A stretch of DNA of 64,000 nt from positions 310,001-374,000 of the forward strand of contig AP039699.1 in the NCBI GenBank assembly GCA_051599415.1. The letters are read 5' to 3'. Below the pieces are notes generated by a model. The model did not search any database. It saw only the letters and a list, made by a program, of their open reading frames with translations, and had not been told where the DNA came from. This stretch comes from Savitreella phatthalungensis. Lineage: Eukaryota. Below, piece by piece: positions 1-10,060 of this stretch (position 1 is its first letter; every line of letters begins with the position of its first letter). Both the position numbers and the translations under genes were made by a program.

Positions 1-2142
1 GTGCGATGGAACGAGACCCTCGTATTCCCTGACATCTGCGCACTCCCACTGGATGCTCAGCTCGCAATCACTGTCTGGGATGTGCGCGGACCGGGTCAAA
101 AGTACCCGCTCGCAGGCACCACCATTCGCGTTTATGATCAGGATGGCGTTCTGCGGAAAGGCAGGCAGAAGCTTCTCCTTCATCGTGATCGCGCAGCAGA
201 TCCATTCGAAAATACAAGCACACCAAGCGAATCGACAGAGGTAACCGAGCTGGACCGCCTCGAAGAGCGCATCAAAAGTCATGAGGCAGGTGACCTGCCA
301 CGAATCGATTGGCTTGACAACCTCGCATTCAGGCAGCTGGAGAAGCTCGCAGCACAACCGAGCACATCCGAGCACAGCTACCTGATTCTCGAGTTTCCTA
401 GATTCGACTTTCCCGTCGTTTACACAACGCAAGAGCACAGGTACACAATCAAAGCAGGTCAGCAACACCACAAGCACACCATGGTCATGGTTCATGATCC
501 CGATGCAGCCAATGCAAATCCAGTCGAAATCAAGCACCGGAAGCTCGTTCGCAGCCACCGCACTGGTCAAGTCGACCGCGATCTCAAACCATCACCCCGA
601 GTTCGTGATACCCTGTTCGAGATCGTGTCAAGCCCCGTCTCGACAGACCTCACGAGCGAGGACAAGGATCTACTGTGGAAATTTCGTTACTTTCTCGCAA
701 AGCAAACGCGCGTGCGTGCAGCACTGCCAAAATTCCTCCGTGCTGTCGTTTGGACAGATGCCACAGAGGCTACTCAGGCTGTTGCTCTTCTCTCACGCTG
801 GCAGATGGTCTCCGTCGAATGTGCGCTCGAATTGCTCGGTCCAGCGTTCACGAATGAGGAAGTGCGTCGATTTGCGGTCTCCAGACTGGCGGCAGCATCG
901 GAAGCAGACATCACACTCTACTTACTACAGCTTGTCCAGGCGCTGCGCTACGAACCCGCAAGTTCACCACTCAAGTCACTGCTCATCGAGCGCGCACAAG
1001 CAAACGAGCGGATTGCCGGACAACTGTTCTGGTATCTGAACGTCGAAGGCGCCTCGCCCCCTATCTTCCTCAAGACAAAGGAAGAATTACTGCTTGCTCT
1101 ACCTGAGACAAGCTCGCTCGAGGCGCAGGAAGCCTTTGTGGGCGATCTCACAAAAATGGCGGAAGCTATCAAGGCAAGCAAGGAAACGCGTCCAAAGCGC
1201 ATCGAACGTCTTCGCGCCTGGGCGTCCGAGCACACCTTCAGCGAGCCCATTCCATTCCCGCTAGACCCCACGATGAAGCTTGTTGGATTCGAGCCAGAAA
1301 AATGCTCAGTCTTCAAATCTTCCCTCTTCCCGCTGCGTCTATCGCTGCGACTGACAACAGGAGCACACTTCGACTGTATCTTCAAGAGCGGTGACGATCT
1401 CAGACAAGATCAACTCGTCATTCAGATCATCGCTGTTTTCAACGAGCTCCTCCTCAAAGAAAACCTCGACCTCAAGCTCACGCCTTACCGCATTCTCGCC
1501 ACCTCAGTAGCGTCCGGGTTCGTTGAGTTCGTCGCATCAGAATCACTGGCTGCGATCTTGTCTGAGTATGGCACGATTGGGTCGTATCTTGGCGCGACTT
1601 CGACGCGAAAAGTCCCGGAAGAGATGATGGACAACTATGTTCGATCTTGCGCGGGCTATTGTGTTATCACATACCTGCTCGGTGTCGGTGACCGTCATCT
1701 CGACAATCTGCTCCTCACACGCGATGGCCATTTCTTCCACGCCGACTTTGGCTTCATCCTCGGGCGCGACCCTAAGCCGTTTGCACCCGCACTCAAGCTC
1801 GCCAAAGAGATGGTCGACGTCATGAATTCAAACTCGCCAGAACACGACCCGCAGCTTTGGTACGCGCGATTCAAGGGACACTGTTTCACGGCGTTCGCAG
1901 CCCTACGCAAAAACGCAGCAGTCATCCTTAACCTATTCGAGCTCATGACAGATGCAAGTATCCCGGACATCCGTGCAGAGCCAAAACGTGCGGTCGCCAA
2001 GATCGTCGAACGCTTCTGTCTCGACATGGACGAGTCGCAATCGATGAGATTCTTCGAAGACCTGTTGGTCGAGTCGGTCTCAGCCTTGTTCCCAGTCTTC
2101 ATCGACCGGGTCCACCACATTGCCCAGTACTGGCGCGCTTGA
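1..2142 (+). CDS. VPS34: Class III phosphatidylinositol 3-kinase Vps34 (5' end lies outside the window)
   Basis: C2-like N-terminus (WNETLVFP..LPLDAQLAITVWD), PIK helical region (YLLQLVQALRYE), kinase motifs FKSGDDLRQDQL, LGVGDRHLDN, DFGFILGRDPKP, C-terminal AQYWR. Confidence 0.97.
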   Translation: MRWNETLVFPDICALPLDAQLAITVWDVRGPGQKYPLAGTTIRVYDQDGVLRKGRQKLLLHRDRAADPFENTSTPSESTEVTELDRLEERIKSHEAGDLPRIDWLDNLAFRQLEKLAAQPSTSEHSYLILEFPRFDFPVVYTTQEHRYTIKAGQQHHKHTMVMVHDPDAANANPVEIKHRKLVRSHRTGQVDRDLKPSPRVRDTLFEIVSSPVSTDLTSEDKDLLWKFRYFLAKQTRVRAALPKFLRAVVWTDATEATQAVALLSRWQMVSVECALELLGPAFTNEEVRRFAVSRLAAASEADITLYLLQLVQALRYEPASSPLKSLLIERAQANERIAGQLFWYLNVEGASPPIFLKTKEELLLALPETSSLEAQEAFVGDLTKMAEAIKASKETRPKRIERLRAWASEHTFSEPIPFPLDPTMKLVGFEPEKCSVFKSSLFPLRLSLRLTTGAHFDCIFKSGDDLRQDQLVIQIIAVFNELLLKENLDLKLTPYRILATSVASGFVEFVASESLAAILSEYGTIGSYLGATSTRKVPEEMMDNYVRSCAGYCVITYLLGVGDRHLDNLLLTRDGHFFHADFGFILGRDPKPFAPALKLAKEMVDVMNSNSPEHDPQLWYARFKGHCFTAFAALRKNAAVILNLFELMTDASIPDIRAEPKRAVAKIVERFCLDMDESQSMRFFEDLLVESVSALFPVFIDRVHHIAQYWRA

Positions 2143-2227
2143 GCTGCCATCTACCCTGAAGTACGTACCATGATTAATGACAATCCAAGCTATTCGTCCG
2201 TGCGTGGTATCCAGCTCCTCTTCATTA

Positions 2228-2743
2228 TCATTCAGAAGCGAATGCCTCGGCCAACCACTTTGCCTCCTTCTCCAGCTCCTCGAGCGACCTCGGTTTTCGT
2301 TCCTCGTCGTCAACCGCTGTAAACTTTGGTCGATTCTCCAGTATCGTCCTCCAGCCGCTCTCCATCTCTGCGGATGCCGTATCCAGCATGCCGTAGACGT
2401 CGTCATTCTTCTCGAGGTCGCCGCTGGCGCGCGGGATCACATGCACATGGACATGCGGCACGCTCTGTCCTGCCACGGGCCCATCCTGCATCGACACCGT
2501 CCACCCTTCCGCTCCCGTGTACCTCTCCTTCGACAGCACCTTCACCACCCGGTGCACCAGCGTGTACAGATCGCGAACCTCGTCCACCTCCAACTCGCCA
2601 AACCTCCCAACCACCCGCTGCGGAACCACCAGCACGTGCCCGCGCATGATAGGCTTCAAGTTCACAATCCCACATGACAAGGCCGATCGCACAAACACCT
2701 GCGACGTCACATCGAACTTTGCAAAGTACTGCTTGGATGGCAT
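2228..2743 (-). CDS. HNT2: Fhit/Hnt2 diadenosine triphosphatase (HIT family)
   Basis: VNLKPI..GHVLVVP, QDGPVAGQSVPHVHVHVIPR HIT motif, NDDVY, and the C-terminal RSLEELEKEA typical of Fhit. Confidence 0.93.
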   Translation of the reverse strand: MPSKQYFAKFDVTSQVFVRSALSCGIVNLKPIMRGHVLVVPQRVVGRFGELEVDEVRDLYTLVHRVVKVLSKERYTGAEGWTVSMQDGPVAGQSVPHVHVHVIPRASGDLEKNDDVYGMLDTASAEMESGWRTILENRPKFTAVDDEERKPRSLEELEKEAKWLAEAFASE

Positions 2744-2915
2744 GTCTTGTGGATGAGGGTGTGTCTGCCGGCTCCGCGGTTTTTTTTTCGATTCGGAGTG
2801 GGATACTTTTGTGGACTGATGACGTCGTGGTGTGTTTTTGGGGAGAGGGATGCGTGGACGACGACGACTTGCCCTGACATTGAACGCCCTCCGAAAGAGC
2901 AGCAGTAGTCACAGG

Positions 2916-3542
2916 ATGGCTGCACCACCGACAAATGGATCGACGATCGTCTCGACGTCGACCCTGCAGTTGGACGAGGCCAAGTGGACGACGTTGAAGA
3001 AGATCACCTGGCGGGATCCAGCGGGAAAAGAACGGGTGTGGGAGTCTGCAGAGCGGGTGACCAATGGGTCGACGACCACAAAGGCTGTTGGGATTCTTGC
3101 GTTTCTGAAGGAGGAAGGGGAGAAGACGCGGATCGTGCTCGAGAGGCAGTTCAGGCCGCCCGTGGGAGCCATGTGCGTCGAGGTGCCTGCGGGCATGCTC
3201 GATGCCGGCGAGTCTGCAGAGGTTGCGGCCGAGAGGGAGCTGAAGGAAGAGACTGGGTACGTTGGGGTGGCAAGGAAGAGCGGTAACGGGATTGGGTTGA
3301 TGTATAATGATCCTGGGTTCACAGATACGTCGACCTCGCTCGTGTATGTCGACATCGATCTGTCGGATGAGAGGAACAAGAACGTCCAGCCTGAAAGGGA
3401 GGCCGGCGAGTTCATCGAGGTCATTACGCCGCAAGTTGACCAGCTCGAAGAGACACTTGCACAGTGGGAGAAGGAAGGTTACGTGATTGACGCGAGGCTA
3501 GGCGCATTCGCCATGGGTCTCGCAGCTGTCAAGCACATCTGA
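2916..3542 (+). CDS. YSA1: Nudix ADP-ribose pyrophosphatase (Ysa1/NUDT5-like)
   Basis: KERVWESAER, RQFRPPVG, Nudix box PAGMLDAGESAEVAAERELKEETGY, DPG, IDARL. First ATG is at 2916. Confidence 0.88.
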   Translation: MAAPPTNGSTIVSTSTLQLDEAKWTTLKKITWRDPAGKERVWESAERVTNGSTTTKAVGILAFLKEEGEKTRIVLERQFRPPVGAMCVEVPAGMLDAGESAEVAAERELKEETGYVGVARKSGNGIGLMYNDPGFTDTSTSLVYVDIDLSDERNKNVQPEREAGEFIEVITPQVDQLEETLAQWEKEGYVIDARLGAFAMGLAAVKHI

Positions 3543-3642
3543 GCATGTGGCCGCATCGTAACATACTTAGATGTTCCCCATTGATTCTATGATCTATCCG
3601 TTGGTATGCTGTTGATGCGTAAGGTGTTAGGGTTACAATGAC

Positions 3643-4881
3643 TTATGGGACACTTGAGCGAACGACTTCGTCGATGCACCGTGCAAAGTAGTCGATGTTG
3701 CGCTCATTCAAACCGCACATGGAGATACGTCCGTTGTTGGCGAGGTAGACGGATTTCTGCTTGACGAGGACATCGCACTGTGCGGGCGTGAGTCCCGTGT
3801 ATGAGAACATGCCAATCTGCGAGACGATGTGTGACCAGTCTCCTGGTGTGGCGAGGTCAACGAGACGGGCGTGAAGGAGTTGGCGCATGCGAATGATGCG
3901 TCCGGCCATGGTCGGCAAGTCGTGATCGCGCCACTGTGCGTACAGCTCCGGGCTCGAGATGACGAGCTCTGCAATCTTTGCGCCAAACAACGGCGTACAG
4001 GAGATCTCGCCCCGGGTCAGGTCAGCGAGCTGCGTTGCAACGCGCGATGCCGAGTCAGACTCGCGGCATACGACGTGGAGGCAGCCGGCACGCTCACCGT
4101 AGATGCCGAGGTTCTTCGAGAAACTTTGTGCAACGAGAACCTCTTCGCCGGCCTCGACAAACAGACGAACTGCATATGCATCGGCATCGAGCGAGCCACT
4201 TGCGAAACCCTGGTATGCACTGTCGAATAGGGCGATGTGCCGCCGTGACTGCATGGTTGCTAGGATTCGTGACCACTGTTCGCGTGTAGGGTCGACGCCC
4301 GTCGGGTTGTGAGCGCACGCATGTAGCAGGAAGATGGAGCCTTCTGGTGCAGACTGCATGGTTGCCAGCATGCCCTGGATGTCAAGCGAACGCGAAGCAG
4401 GGTCCCAGTACGGGTAGCTGTGGAGATGCTTGTAGCCAACGCGCTCGTAGATGGCGTGATGATTGCCCCAGGTTGGGCTGGACACGTACAGCTGCGCTTC
4501 TGGTTTCATGCGACGGAGGAACAGGCCTGCCAAGTGGTTCGCACCTGTGCCGGAGATTGTCTGGTTGGAAGCGATGCGGGCCTCTGTGATGGCGCGCGAG
4601 TCTGCGCCGAAGATCAGCTTTGCAGCAAGAGCACGAAAAGCAGGCCGTCCTTCGATTGGCGGATACTCGTGCTCGTCTGTGGGATCATTGATCAGCTGCA
4701 GCTTTGCAGACTGTACAGATGGCAACACCCATGGACGACCGTCTTCGTCACGGTATGCGCCCGCACCCAAGTTGATCTTCTCTGGATTCTTGTCTGCAGA
4801 GAACATTGTGTTCAAGGCAAAGATCGGGTCCCCGGGAAGGGCCGGCACATCTGCGAAGACGCCTGCTTGCGAGTTGACCAT
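3643..4881 (-). CDS. AAT2: Aspartate aminotransferase (cytosolic type)
   Basis: NLGAGAYRD, QTISGTGA, LHACAHNPTGVD, FDSAYQGFASG, PLP lysine motif SFSKNLGIYGER, QIGMFSYTGL, GRIS. No obvious presequence. Confidence 0.93.
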   Translation of the reverse strand: MVNSQAGVFADVPALPGDPIFALNTMFSADKNPEKINLGAGAYRDEDGRPWVLPSVQSAKLQLINDPTDEHEYPPIEGRPAFRALAAKLIFGADSRAITEARIASNQTISGTGANHLAGLFLRRMKPEAQLYVSSPTWGNHHAIYERVGYKHLHSYPYWDPASRSLDIQGMLATMQSAPEGSIFLLHACAHNPTGVDPTREQWSRILATMQSRRHIALFDSAYQGFASGSLDADAYAVRLFVEAGEEVLVAQSFSKNLGIYGERAGCLHVVCRESDSASRVATQLADLTRGEISCTPLFGAKIAELVISSPELYAQWRDHDLPTMAGRIIRMRQLLHARLVDLATPGDWSHIVSQIGMFSYTGLTPAQCDVLVKQKSVYLANNGRISMCGLNERNIDYFARCIDEVVRSSVP

Positions 4882-5404
4882 TCTGATTGTGATGGACTTG
4901 GGAGAACACCGATTTGTTGATGGATCTATGGCCTGAATGTCGCGGCAATGATAGAGCGAGCTTCGGAAGATCGACGAGCCTGTAGCAGTATAGACAGAGC
5001 GTCAAATCGACTGTCTTTCAAGAGACTTTCGAGTATCCTCGATCGAGTGCGAGTGTGTACGACCTGAAGCTTGATAAGAAATTTTGATCTCCTCGAGTGT
5101 CTTGATCGGGGTGTCAGGCTGGATGAGCTTAATCGCGGAACTTGCCAAGCTGGGAAATTTCTTTCCATCGAATTGCAGGAGATGGAAGCGAGCAACCTGG
5201 CAAGCAGGCCCCGGCAAGCAAGATCAGTGAGTCAACCGGTCAGTCAGTCGGGTGTTCCGAGCAAGTGGGGCAGAGGGAATAGTCGAAGTCTCCACTGTCG
5301 ATCGCATCGATTTGAGTGGTCGATAAGGATTCTGGCCGGTGCGGCCGGGACGTAGGCGCTACCTGAGTGACCTTGTGTCGGTGTGTGGGCTGCCCGGCGT
5401 CTCT

Positions 5405-6238
5405 ATGCCAAAGGGCACTAAGGCCAAGCCCATCACTCAGCGTGGAAGGAATCATGTAGGAAGTACGAAGCGGTCTGGCGGTAGCGCAGGCCTGACTGGA
5501 AACAAGCTCATCAGACGGTACCATACTCTGCAGAAAGACCTTGCTGCTGCTCGGCGCGATGGCGATACCGTTGCAGCCAACGCTATCGATACGGAGCTAG
5601 AGGGACTTGGCGGGCTGGAGGCCTATCAGGCTGCTTCAATTCAGGGTCAGGACAAGCGATTTGGCGGGGACTCCTCTAAGGAGTTGGTGAAATGGCTGTC
5701 CGAGGAGCCTCGCATTGTGCCTGAACGGAGGCTGACCAGGGTTCTCGAAATCGGTTGCTTACGTGTCGACAACTATATCTCCCGGATGGCCGGCGTGCAG
5801 ATGACGAGGATCGACTTGCATTCCCAGCACAAGGAAATCCTCGAGCAGGACTTTCTCGCCAGACCTGCGCCGCGCTCGGTCGACGAGACATTTCATGGAA
5901 TCAGTTGCTCTCTGGTGCTGAATTTTGTGCCCGTGCACCAGCGAGGTGACTTTCTGATCCACCTGACAAGGTTTCTAAGGAGCAATGACCGATCTTGGCT
6001 ATTCTTTGTACTGCCTGCACCGTGTGTCGACAATTCGCGGTATTTGGATCTGCCATCACTCAAGCGGATGTTTGGTGACCTCGGATTTGACGTTGTCAGG
6101 GAGAAGTCGACACCACGGATGCTGTATTTGCTGCTGGTGCGCGAACGGGAAGACGTAGCTCAGGGTATTGTCTACCGGAAGAAGGAGCTCCGGGCTGGAG
6201 CCTCACGAAACAATTTCTGGATCCCGCTCAAGACATGA
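5405..6238 (+). CDS. BMT2: 25S rRNA adenine-N1 methyltransferase Bmt2
   Basis: LIRRYHTLQK, LGGLEAYQAASIQGQ..GGDSSK, LEIGCL, IDL, EQDFL, SLVLNFVP, LPAPCVDNSRY, RNNFWI. First ATG is at 5405. Confidence 0.9.
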   Translation: MPKGTKAKPITQRGRNHVGSTKRSGGSAGLTGNKLIRRYHTLQKDLAAARRDGDTVAANAIDTELEGLGGLEAYQAASIQGQDKRFGGDSSKELVKWLSEEPRIVPERRLTRVLEIGCLRVDNYISRMAGVQMTRIDLHSQHKEILEQDFLARPAPRSVDETFHGISCSLVLNFVPVHQRGDFLIHLTRFLRSNDRSWLFFVLPAPCVDNSRYLDLPSLKRMFGDLGFDVVREKSTPRMLYLLLVREREDVAQGIVYRKKELRAGASRNNFWIPLKT

Positions 6239-7322
6239 TCTGGCCATCGAGTTCTAGCGCGAGCTTCCCCTCTTTCTGTTTCTTGTCGGCCACATGGACA
6301 GAGCTGACGCTGATCCATCCATCTCTACACTTTGCGAGGAAGGCCTCGCTCGAACGATTGCAGACGATCGTTCCTGGAGGTACTTCCCAGATGAGGTCAG
6401 GAGAACCTCGAGTGACCCCACGAAGCTTGATGTTCTTGCCTGAAGGCAACGTTGCCCATAACGGCCGTTCCAGTACGAAGCTCTTACGAACGAGTGAGTC
6501 GACAGTGTCAGTGCTCCAGTGTATACGCATATCATCTTTCCCAATCTTGGGGGCATGCGACTCGACCACCCCTTCTGGTGGCGGGATTTGCGCAGGCGCG
6601 TTGACAGGATAGCCTTGTAGTAATACGTCTCTGAGGAGTTGCGCGCCGATCCGCGCAGTCTGAACTGATAGCTGGCTAAGTGAGGTTGTTGGTGTTATCT
6701 CGACGGGCGCCGAGCGCGCAAGCACTTGTCCTGCATCGAAGACGTGCGGATGCAATGTCTGCACGCTGACACCTGTTGTGGTGTCCCCCGCAAGCAGCGC
6801 ACGGTGCAGTGGCGCAGGACCCCTGTATTGCGGCAAAACGGACGGATGAACGTTCAGACCGCCGTGAGAGGTAGCAGCGAGTGTGTCAGCGTGAATCTTG
6901 TGACCAAAGCTGACTGCGATAATCAGATCCCACTTGCTCTCTCCATCTGATGATTCTTCAACCTCATCGGGCTTTGCACGCGGAGCTTGAGGCAGGTGAT
7001 GTGGACGCATGACGAATGAGTCGACATATGACGGTGTCATGCCCATCCGCTTTGCCAGCTGTGCGAGTGGCGTCTGGGTGAGGTTCTGGAGACCACGGCC
7101 CGACCTTGCAGGAGCAGGCACACAGAGACCAAGATGCGAAACGACATCTGACCTACGTGATTGCAGCTCACGCAGCATCGTCCATGAAGGCATGGAGAAA
7201 GCATCTGAGCCGCAGAATAGGACTCGTAATGGAGGGAATCCAGCCTGTGGTCGGCTGGGTGTATGGGGTGCCCATGACCAAGGTCTCGCAGTTGGCAACC
7301 TAGCCACCGGCGACAGACGCAT
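6228..7322 (-). CDS. FMT1: Mitochondrial methionyl-tRNA formyltransferase
   Basis: LFCGSDAFS, AVSFG, LNVHPSVLPQYRGPAPL, TGVSVQTL, FDAG, APKI. Arg-rich presequence-like N-terminus. Confidence 0.93.
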   Translation of the reverse strand: MRLSPVARLPTARPWSWAPHTPSRPQAGFPPLRVLFCGSDAFSMPSWTMLRELQSRRSDVVSHLGLCVPAPARSGRGLQNLTQTPLAQLAKRMGMTPSYVDSFVMRPHHLPQAPRAKPDEVEESSDGESKWDLIIAVSFGHKIHADTLAATSHGGLNVHPSVLPQYRGPAPLHRALLAGDTTTGVSVQTLHPHVFDAGQVLARSAPVEITPTTSLSQLSVQTARIGAQLLRDVLLQGYPVNAPAQIPPPEGVVESHAPKIGKDDMRIHWSTDTVDSLVRKSFVLERPLWATLPSGKNIKLRGVTRGSPDLIWEVPPGTIVCNRSSEAFLAKCRDGWISVSSVHVADKKQKEGKLALELDGQIMS

Positions 7323-7619
7323 GCAGATGTGATCTCTATTAGCGGGTATTTATGAGCATAAAGAGCTCGACTGTCTTATATAGTGGCCGAGAGGCAGAGA
7401 GAGCTTGCAAGACGACTTCAGGCGGCGTCGTGCATACGAGGATAGCAGGTATAAGGATTATCATATACTGCATATATCGGAGAGAACAGGCGCTTGAGGG
7501 AAAATCAATCATCATGTATGCATGGCTATAGGAGTAGGAGGAATGCTACAGGGGTGCTTCATTCAGGAAGCTCGGGAGGATGGCGTTGAGGACACGACTG
7601 AAGAGGTCAGGTCTGTGTT

Positions 7620-8262
7620 TTACTTTGTGTGCGCTGTTGAAAGAGTTAGTTCAGCCGCTTTCTAGAGAACTGAAGAGAAGATAGACTTACCGATTTTGCG
7701 TGGGTTCATCTGTGTACGGGTAAAGTTGGAGGAGTAGCTCTTTGGGTGGAATTCCTGCATGTGAGGTGCTTGAACGAAGTAGTCCCAGCCGTTCTTCTCG
7801 GCAAAGCGGATAGCATCGTCCTGGGAAGCAAAAGACAGCTTTGTACCCTGCATGAAGTCTCCAGAAGATGCCCAGCCCATCAGAGGATTCGTCCAGCGGT
7901 TGTCCCCCTCCAGTGTATCCCAGTCCATGCGCCAACCTTTCGTTCCCTGTACACCAGACTGCATAGCTGTTGTGGAGTTAGTACACGTTTTGGTCAAGGA
8001 CACATCGGACCGTTTCAGCTGTTCGGCTGTCTATGAACTTACCAGTCTTGCTTGGTCTGTAGATACGCACAATACGGCGATGAAGAGATTCAGGTGCGCC
8101 AGTGACTGCATCGACAGGTACAACTTCCTTGATTGGCTTGTCTTCTGCGACGCCTGTGGAGAGATGTTCTGCTGGTGCAAGAGTTGAGCTCAGCCTCAGG
8201 TTGATGGGAGCGCGTGCAGATGCAATCGATCGCATCAGCTGATATGTCGTAGAGCGAAGCAT
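7620..8262 (-). CDS. NDUFS4: Complex I subunit NDUFS4 (18/21 kDa); exons 8043-8262, 7691-7966, 7620-7633
   Basis: Splicing two GTAAGT..CTAAC..CAG introns (7967-8042, 7634-7690) gives VRIYRPSKTAMQSG..RWTNPLMGWASSGD..FAEKNGWDY..PKSYSSNF..AHTK*. Confidence 0.92.
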
Positions 8263-8688
8263 GATGATTGAATTGAAGCTGCAGACCAGCGTGATGAAGA
8301 AGATGATCGACTTCTAGCTTGTATATGATATCCTCTGACCCGTGTATGTGAGTGTCGCTGTGACCAGTTGTTGCTGTTGCTTGTGCACGTGCAAGAAGAG
8401 AGTCAAAAATCCCGTGCATTCATCTCTAGGTCACGTGTACAGGACTTCTAGATCATCAGACACCTGGGTGTACTTACTACCTCATTGTAATTGAATTTCT
8501 TTCACTTCTCTCCGATGCACCCGAACAATCTCTACCGCAACAACCAGAACGACGACGACAGCTACGGTAGACTCCCTAGTGTCATCCTACCACTACTCCT
8601 CCTCATACCCTGTCGCCGAGCAGCTCAGTCAGTTCAATTACATAAGAAACTCAAAGGTTACAAGAGGTCACCGATCAGTATATACATC

Positions 8689-9118
8689 ATGAGTCTGCGC
8701 AACCTCATTCCACCAAAGGTATGTTCTTACAGTGCACTGGAAAGACAGGCATTATTCTTTCTTTGCCCTTCCGCGCGACTCTGGAGCAACAAGTCGAACT
8801 AACTTCTTTAAACAGATTGCCAACCCGAATGCTATCGGCGTTGCAGCTGACGCAGCACGGATGACGCGTGTGGTGTCATTCTACAAGGCTCTGCCACGCG
8901 GTCCTGCTCCGAAGCAGACTGGCTACGTTGCTACCAACATCCACGGCGACAAGCCTTCAGGCAAGCCGATGCTCTATCTCATGGGCGGTCTATTGTACGC
9001 TCCTCTCACCACACCCTAGTCTACGAATACAAGCTGACATTCTCCCTCCCTTAGCCTCATCGGATACTCGATCGACTACGCTCTCCACCTCAAGCACCAC
9101 AAGAACAACCACCACTAG
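8689..9118 (+). CDS. ATP17: Mitochondrial ATP synthase subunit f; exons 8689-8718, 8816-8994, 9055-9118
   Basis: Introns 8719-8815 (GTATGT..CTAAC..CAG) and 8995-9054 (GTACGC..CTGAC..TAG) give MSLRNLIPPKIANPNAIG..ARMTRVVSFYKALPRGPAP..SGKP..IGYSIDYALHLKHHKNNHH*. Confidence 0.92.
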
Positions 9119-10060
9119 ATTCCTTGAAGGACTGCGGCCTCCCACACACAGGATATATGCGCGATAGAACGCGCTACCTACAGGCCGCTCAATGCATGTA
9201 TGGCAAAGAACCGAGAAACCTAGGAGCAAGAGGCTCCCGTGTTTGGAAAACAACTTATGCGGGTTCGAAAATTGATTGACTTTGCATGCAATCTTTGTCG
9301 TCGTCGTCGTCGTCGTCCTTGCAGTGATCGAGCGTTGTCTGCTCAGCTGCTTCACGTGTGGCAGACCGTAGTGGGAATCGGACGCTCACCGTGATCTTGA
9401 CATGTCGTGGTCGATTCTCGTCGATCGCGAGGTGGTCGATAGTATCTATCTCGCGCAGTCGCCTGAACAACTGTGTCGAACCTACCGCACTAATCGATAG
9501 ACAGCTCACAAGTCGAGTTACAGGTGTTCTCAGCAGTGATCGTCTCTCTGAAAATCTCGACCTGAGGAAACAGTTGAGTAAAGGCATGATGAACCAAACT
9601 CGTGATATTCCTGCTAACATTTCCATCGGCGGCAGTGGGCATGGGTAGACCAATAGTACGTCTATGCGGAAAGGTGACAGATCCCGTCCACTCTGTCTGC
9701 AAGATATCGTTGGAGAGGTGCAGAAGTCAAATCGATCTGAGAGATCGAAGCCTGTCGTGGGTATGAGCTTGAGGGTGCTAGAAAGCCTTTGAGACGTTGA
9801 ATGCGCACGAGTTGTAATGCGCAGTGATTCAGTGAAGACACGCGTCTCGCGTTCAGCGGCAGGTGTTACATCTTCTTGGCTTGACTGAACAGAACATGTC
9901 TTCCACATGGTTGATTTACTAGACGCCACAACGTCAATAAAATGATTGAACCCAAGCCTTTGTGAAACTGGCACAATATAAACTTGGCTGCACAAGACTC
10001 GATCGTGCACAGTGCGCAAAGTTGTTGATTAATGAAATACGTAGATGTGGCACTGGAGAG

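Noticed and set aside
2403..3434. 343-aa minus-strand ORF and other long antisense ORFs (e.g. 17960-18946)
   Set aside because: Shadow frames of real GC-rich genes, with no independent motifs.
3585..3670. Branch-point/acceptor-like signal (CTAAC..CAG) just after the AAT stop on the minus strand, suggesting an alternatively spliced peroxisomal C-terminus
   Set aside because: None of the donor/acceptor combinations I tried gives a PTS1-like ending, and the donors are weak.
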